Shown: piece after piece, positions 60,506-64,000 of the stretch
How positions within the stretch are numbered: the stretch's first letter is position 1
Layout of the letters: each line of letters starts with the position of its first letter
Origin: an uncultured Alphaproteobacteria bacterium
GTDB lineage: Bacteria; Pseudomonadota; Alphaproteobacteria; Caulobacterales; Caulobacteraceae
NCBI GenBank assembly: GCA_903909375.1
Contig: CAIVVM010000049.1
Location: 16,568 to 80,567 of the forward strand
Reading direction: 5' to 3'
Length of the DNA: 64,000 nt
Program-made: the position numbers and the translations under genes
Notes under the pieces: generated by a model
The model's input: only the letters and a program-made list of their open reading frames with translations
Told to the model about the DNA's origin: nothing
Databases searched by the model: none

Positions 60506-61279
60506 TTACGCCGCCAGCGTACGGCGACGGCGGATCACGCAACCGGCAGCGCCGAAGCCAATGATCATCATCGCCCAGGTGGCGGGCTCGGGAATCGCGG
60601 CAGACGATACGGTGGCGGTATAGTCTACGGAATCATACAGATTGAAGCGGGTCAGAGGGACACATCCGGTACAGGTCCGGGCGCCATTGTGATCGACCGA
60701 AAAATCGATCGTGCCACCCGCCGCCAGGGTGAATGTCTGGGTCAGCGTCTGGTAGGTGAATGACTGAGCCTGCAATTCCGGAGTCCAGGTCGGCAAATCC
60801 TTGGTATCAGTATTCAGCAACATCCTCACGCCGTCCCGGCGGTAGTCTGGATAGCCGCCGGTGGCTATCTGGCACCCGTTGCAGGTGAAGGGATTGCTGG
60901 CCGGATCTCTCAGCTTGACCTGGAATGTCGCTGTGTAATCGCCCGCAGTCGGAGCGATGAAGCGAAGGTTGGCGAACGCCTGATCCGCGACGCAGGTATT
61001 TGCGCCGGCATCAACGCAGCCCGGGTGCATGAAGCTCGCGCCGACCAAAAGATAGGCTCCGCCCCCTGGCCCTTGATACTGTGCGCCATTCCAGGCGCCT
61101 TCGGTAAACGTTCCCCCGGCCCCATCCAGTCGGCCGTAACGCCAGACGCCGCTGGTCCCGCCCTGAACGTTGCTGAACTCGGCGCTGGCGACATAGACCG
61201 CTGCGGAGGCGCCACCAGCTGCGCTGAAAAGGGCGAATGCCGCGGCTACGGCCGCCGCCGTGGTTTTCAAAACATCCAT
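60506..61279 (-). CDS. PEPxxWA-CTERM sorting-domain surface protein
   Basis: Signal peptide MDVLKTTAAAVAAAFALFSAAGGASA; C-terminus IPEPATWAMMIIGFGAAGCVIRRRR. Confidence 0.92.
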   Translation of the reverse strand: MDVLKTTAAAVAAAFALFSAAGGASAAVYVASAEFSNVQGGTSGVWRYGRLDGAGGTFTEGAWNGAQYQGPGGGAYLLVGASFMHPGCVDAGANTCVADQAFANLRFIAPTAGDYTATFQVKLRDPASNPFTCNGCQIATGGYPDYRRDGVRMLLNTDTKDLPTWTPELQAQSFTYQTLTQTFTLAAGGTIDFSVDHNGARTCTGCVPLTRFNLYDSVDYTATVSSAAIPEPATWAMMIIGFGAAGCVIRRRRTLAA

Positions 61280-62026
61280 GCTTTTATCTTTCGCCCGAGT
61301 TTCAACTGTCAGCAGCTCAACTCCCAACAGCTCTAGGAAATGCAAGTAAACAAAAGTCCTACCTGGGTTGGGAGTCAAGCAGACTCGCCTCTCAGGGGAA
61401 TGACCGGAGCATCCACGGTTGAGCCAGAGGCCGCTCATCATGTCCCGGTCCGCGGCGAGCCCGGGTCTCCATTGGTTCAGACCCGGTAATTCTTCGACGA
61501 TCCAACGGCGAATGACGGAAATCGCCCAAGAGACGCGCAGGCCGATCATCAAAGGGGCAGGCGTCGCTCTTTTCCTCTTCTGAGGGCGCTTCATCAGAAC
61601 TGGATCGACGTGATCTGGGTCATCAATGCTCCCAGCTCAGCGCCCAAACTGGAGACCTGGTTCAAGTCGGACTGCCTGCAGTTCATGGATGGAATCGGCT
61701 CAGCTCAGAGACCGATGTCAGGGCTCATCCACGTCTGATGGAACCCTCAGTTTCCGCAGCCCAGTGCAACGCGATTTGACCGTTTTTGGCGCTGCGAAGT
61801 CCTGTGTTGTCCCTTTCGACTCACGCGCCCTTCGTTCATCCAAGTAACTCAACGAGTGTTGGGGCTCATGAACGTGATTGCGACCTATCAAGGTGAACCT
61901 GCCGAGCGAATTGGGATAACGGGCCACAAAATCCAACGCGCTCTGACAGTAAAAATTCCGGAATTTATTATCCTGGACCGAGCCGAAAAACCCAGTCCGT
62001 ATTCCGAATAGTTTCGGTCATACAAA

Positions 62027-62479
62027 ATGGCGTATGACTCAATATCCAATTCAGTGCGTTACGACCGGATCAAAATTCTGGTCGTCGATGATAACAGCTA
62101 CATGAGATTGATCATTGTTACGATTCTACGGTCCTTTGGTGTCCAGAAAATATTTGAGTGTCGCGATGGAACAGAAGGTCTCCTCGCGATGCAACGTCAC
62201 TCGATCGACGTTGTCATGACCGACCTAAAGATGTGGCCGATGGATGGCATTGAGTTTGTCCGCAGGCTGCGCAGCGGGACCTGCAGCCGCAGCAGGCAGG
62301 TGCCGGTCGTCATGATCAGTGCGGATGCTACCTTGGCGCGAATTACGGAAGCCCGCGACGCCAGCGTCGATCAGTTCATAGCGAAGCCCCTTTCGCCACG
62401 TCGCCTTGTCCAGGGGTTGCATCACGCGATCTTCTATCCACGACCCAACGTTGTTTACGAGGAGGTTTTGATTGGTTGA
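62027..62479 (+). CDS. Single-domain response regulator, Cle/CheY-like
   Basis: ILVVDDN, TDLKMWPMDG, VVMISA and FIAKP receiver motifs. Confidence 0.88.
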   Translation: MAYDSISNSVRYDRIKILVVDDNSYMRLIIVTILRSFGVQKIFECRDGTEGLLAMQRHSIDVVMTDLKMWPMDGIEFVRRLRSGTCSRSRQVPVVMISADATLARITEARDASVDQFIAKPLSPRRLVQGLHHAIFYPRPNVVYEEVLIG

Positions 62480-62580
62480 ATGGCCAATTCCATTTGATGT
62501 CTCGTATTGACGACAGTTCGCTTTGTTTAGATAAAATTAGTATTATTCATCATGAATATTTGGACTAAGTATTGAATATC

Positions 62581-63624
62581 CTAGGTCATTTGCTGCACGC
62601 CATCCATGATGGCGGAGAATATATCCTTTCCATCTGCGCTTCGTTCAGCGCTATGGAGCTTTCGATATTCATGCGGAGTGCATCCGACTGACCCCTGAAA
62701 GAATCTTCGGAATGCACGTTCATCAGAAAAGCCCAGGTCCGCAGCAATTTCGCCCATCGACTTGTCAGTTGTCGATATCAGCAATATCGCATTCGCCGCT
62801 CTGATATTCCGTTTCAGATCCCGAATGCTGTAACTGCTCTCTTCAAGCGCGAGGCGGCGCTTCTGGCGAACACCTATATTCCGCGCAAGGGCCCTTTTCT
62901 CGATCCGCTGCAGAATTATTTCGGCCTCCAGCCGTAGCTGCCCGTCAGTATTGCCGCGGGCCGCATCCTTTTCAACAAATAATCCCCATCGGATCGCATT
63001 GCTCAGAGCCGAATTCTCGAATGTTGAACGCCGCGGTAGATCCAGGAGTTGGTCATCCAGGGGGAAACCAGTCAGTTCTCCATATTCTACAGGACAATTT
63101 CCATCCAGATTGTAATCCATGAAACTGGTGTAAATTTTGGATCTTGAAAAAAGCTTCTTGATCTGAAATTTCTGTCCGACGAATGATTGCATCGCAAAGA
63201 GGAATATAAGAATCCCATTGAGTTCAACAGCCGAAGAATGTTCTTCATCTATTCCATCGACTATTATTGAGAATACACAACCATTATCAATATATCTGAT
63301 ATCAACCCATTGTTGGGGAGATATCTTTCTAGAAACTTCTTGCAATACATTTATTGCTTCTCGAAGATTGCGTCCCGAATTCATAATGCTCAAAAGAAGA
63401 TTCATAGATCCAATTGGCAGAGATGAATTTGAGTGACCATAGTATTCGTCTTGTAAAAATAGAACCGCTCTTACAAGAAGAACTTTAAGTTCGGTCGGAG
63501 CATAGTGCGATTTATCTGGATCGATTCCAGCATCGACGAGGAATGAATGGAATTTCTCCGGCGTCGGCGCGGCCTTGCTCATCTGGAATTCGACCCATTG
63601 TCTGGGAATCAGTCCTGGGCTCAT
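62581..63624 (-). CDS. AraC family transcriptional regulator (AT-rich)
   Basis: C-terminal HTH SMGEIAADLGFSDERAFRRFF...GCTPHEYR. The start may instead be MSKAAP at 63582. Confidence 0.85.
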   Translation of the reverse strand: MSPGLIPRQWVEFQMSKAAPTPEKFHSFLVDAGIDPDKSHYAPTELKVLLVRAVLFLQDEYYGHSNSSLPIGSMNLLLSIMNSGRNLREAINVLQEVSRKISPQQWVDIRYIDNGCVFSIIVDGIDEEHSSAVELNGILIFLFAMQSFVGQKFQIKKLFSRSKIYTSFMDYNLDGNCPVEYGELTGFPLDDQLLDLPRRSTFENSALSNAIRWGLFVEKDAARGNTDGQLRLEAEIILQRIEKRALARNIGVRQKRRLALEESSYSIRDLKRNIRAANAILLISTTDKSMGEIAADLGFSDERAFRRFFQGSVGCTPHEYRKLHSAERSADGKDIFSAIMDGVQQMT

Positions 63625-64000
63625 GACCTCTTGCCTCCGCAGTCTTCGCCAGATTCAGGGAGCTAAGTGACCGTCTCCGATTGGGCGTCTCTCATGTGAA
63701 GATTCCGACCGATGACGCGAAGGCTGAAGTGTCTGACCGGTCTCCGCCAGGATCGCAATTGAATCAGCACGGTCGCACCTACCTCCTTCGATTAGAGACT
63801 CCGCCAAGGTTACGGCCATGTTCGGCTGAGCTACCGGCACGACCAAGTGAAGCGGTCACAATGGCGGTTCAGCGTTTCTTCAACGTGAATTATTCGAGCC
63901 GAACGTTGAAGCGGCTCGAAGCGGCGCCAGACCGGTCACCATTTTCAGGCGGCGCCTGAAACCGACCCCGAGGCGGCACACGATTCTGCCGCCTTTGTCG

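Noticed and set aside
61280-61594. 105-aa N-terminal extension of the PEP-CTERM ORF
   Set aside because: A clear signal peptide starts at 61279, and the extension runs through the structured promoter region.
61868-62011. 47-codon ORF (MNVIATYQGE...) upstream of the response regulator
   Set aside because: No RBS or recognisable homology, and it overlaps putative operator dyads; unsupported without ribosome profiling.
63655-63959. Short ORFs at the right edge (63655-63846 minus, 63681-63959 plus)
   Set aside because: No recognisable motifs or RBS; the region is better explained as regulatory or structured non-coding DNA.

Overview
High-GC (about 65-70% in sampled lines) alphaproteobacterial chromosome segment; gene content and codon style point to Caulobacteraceae (Phenylobacterium/Caulobacter-like; inference). 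About 55 genes plus the SRP RNA. Housekeeping: yidC (5'-truncated by the window edge), yihA/engB, dapE, truA-fmt-def, rmuC, ffs-dnaX-ybaB-recR, nudC, ppk2, rsmE, gshA, metY. Catabolic blocks: glcDEF; an acyl-CoA cluster (enoyl-CoA hydratase, acyl-CoA dehydrogenase, CoA ligase, mccB/mccA, Mct-like CoA transferase); and a CYP108-like P450 with an LvaA/LvaB-like kinase pair and a divergent beta-barrel hypothetical. Also present: a pilin-less cpaBC-cpaEF-tadBC cluster behind a CtrA-like box, a beta-helix/dihaem cytochrome pair, and a stand-alone HtaA haem-binding domain. Two AT-rich regions stand out: an orphan membrane gene inserted between mccB and mccA, and the right end (PEP-CTERM protein, Cle-like receiver lacking its c-di-GMP tail, AraC regulator, and a densely structured non-coding stretch). 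No tRNA, rRNA, CRISPR array or transposase was recognised. All family assignments come from motif recognition by eye, not from database searches.
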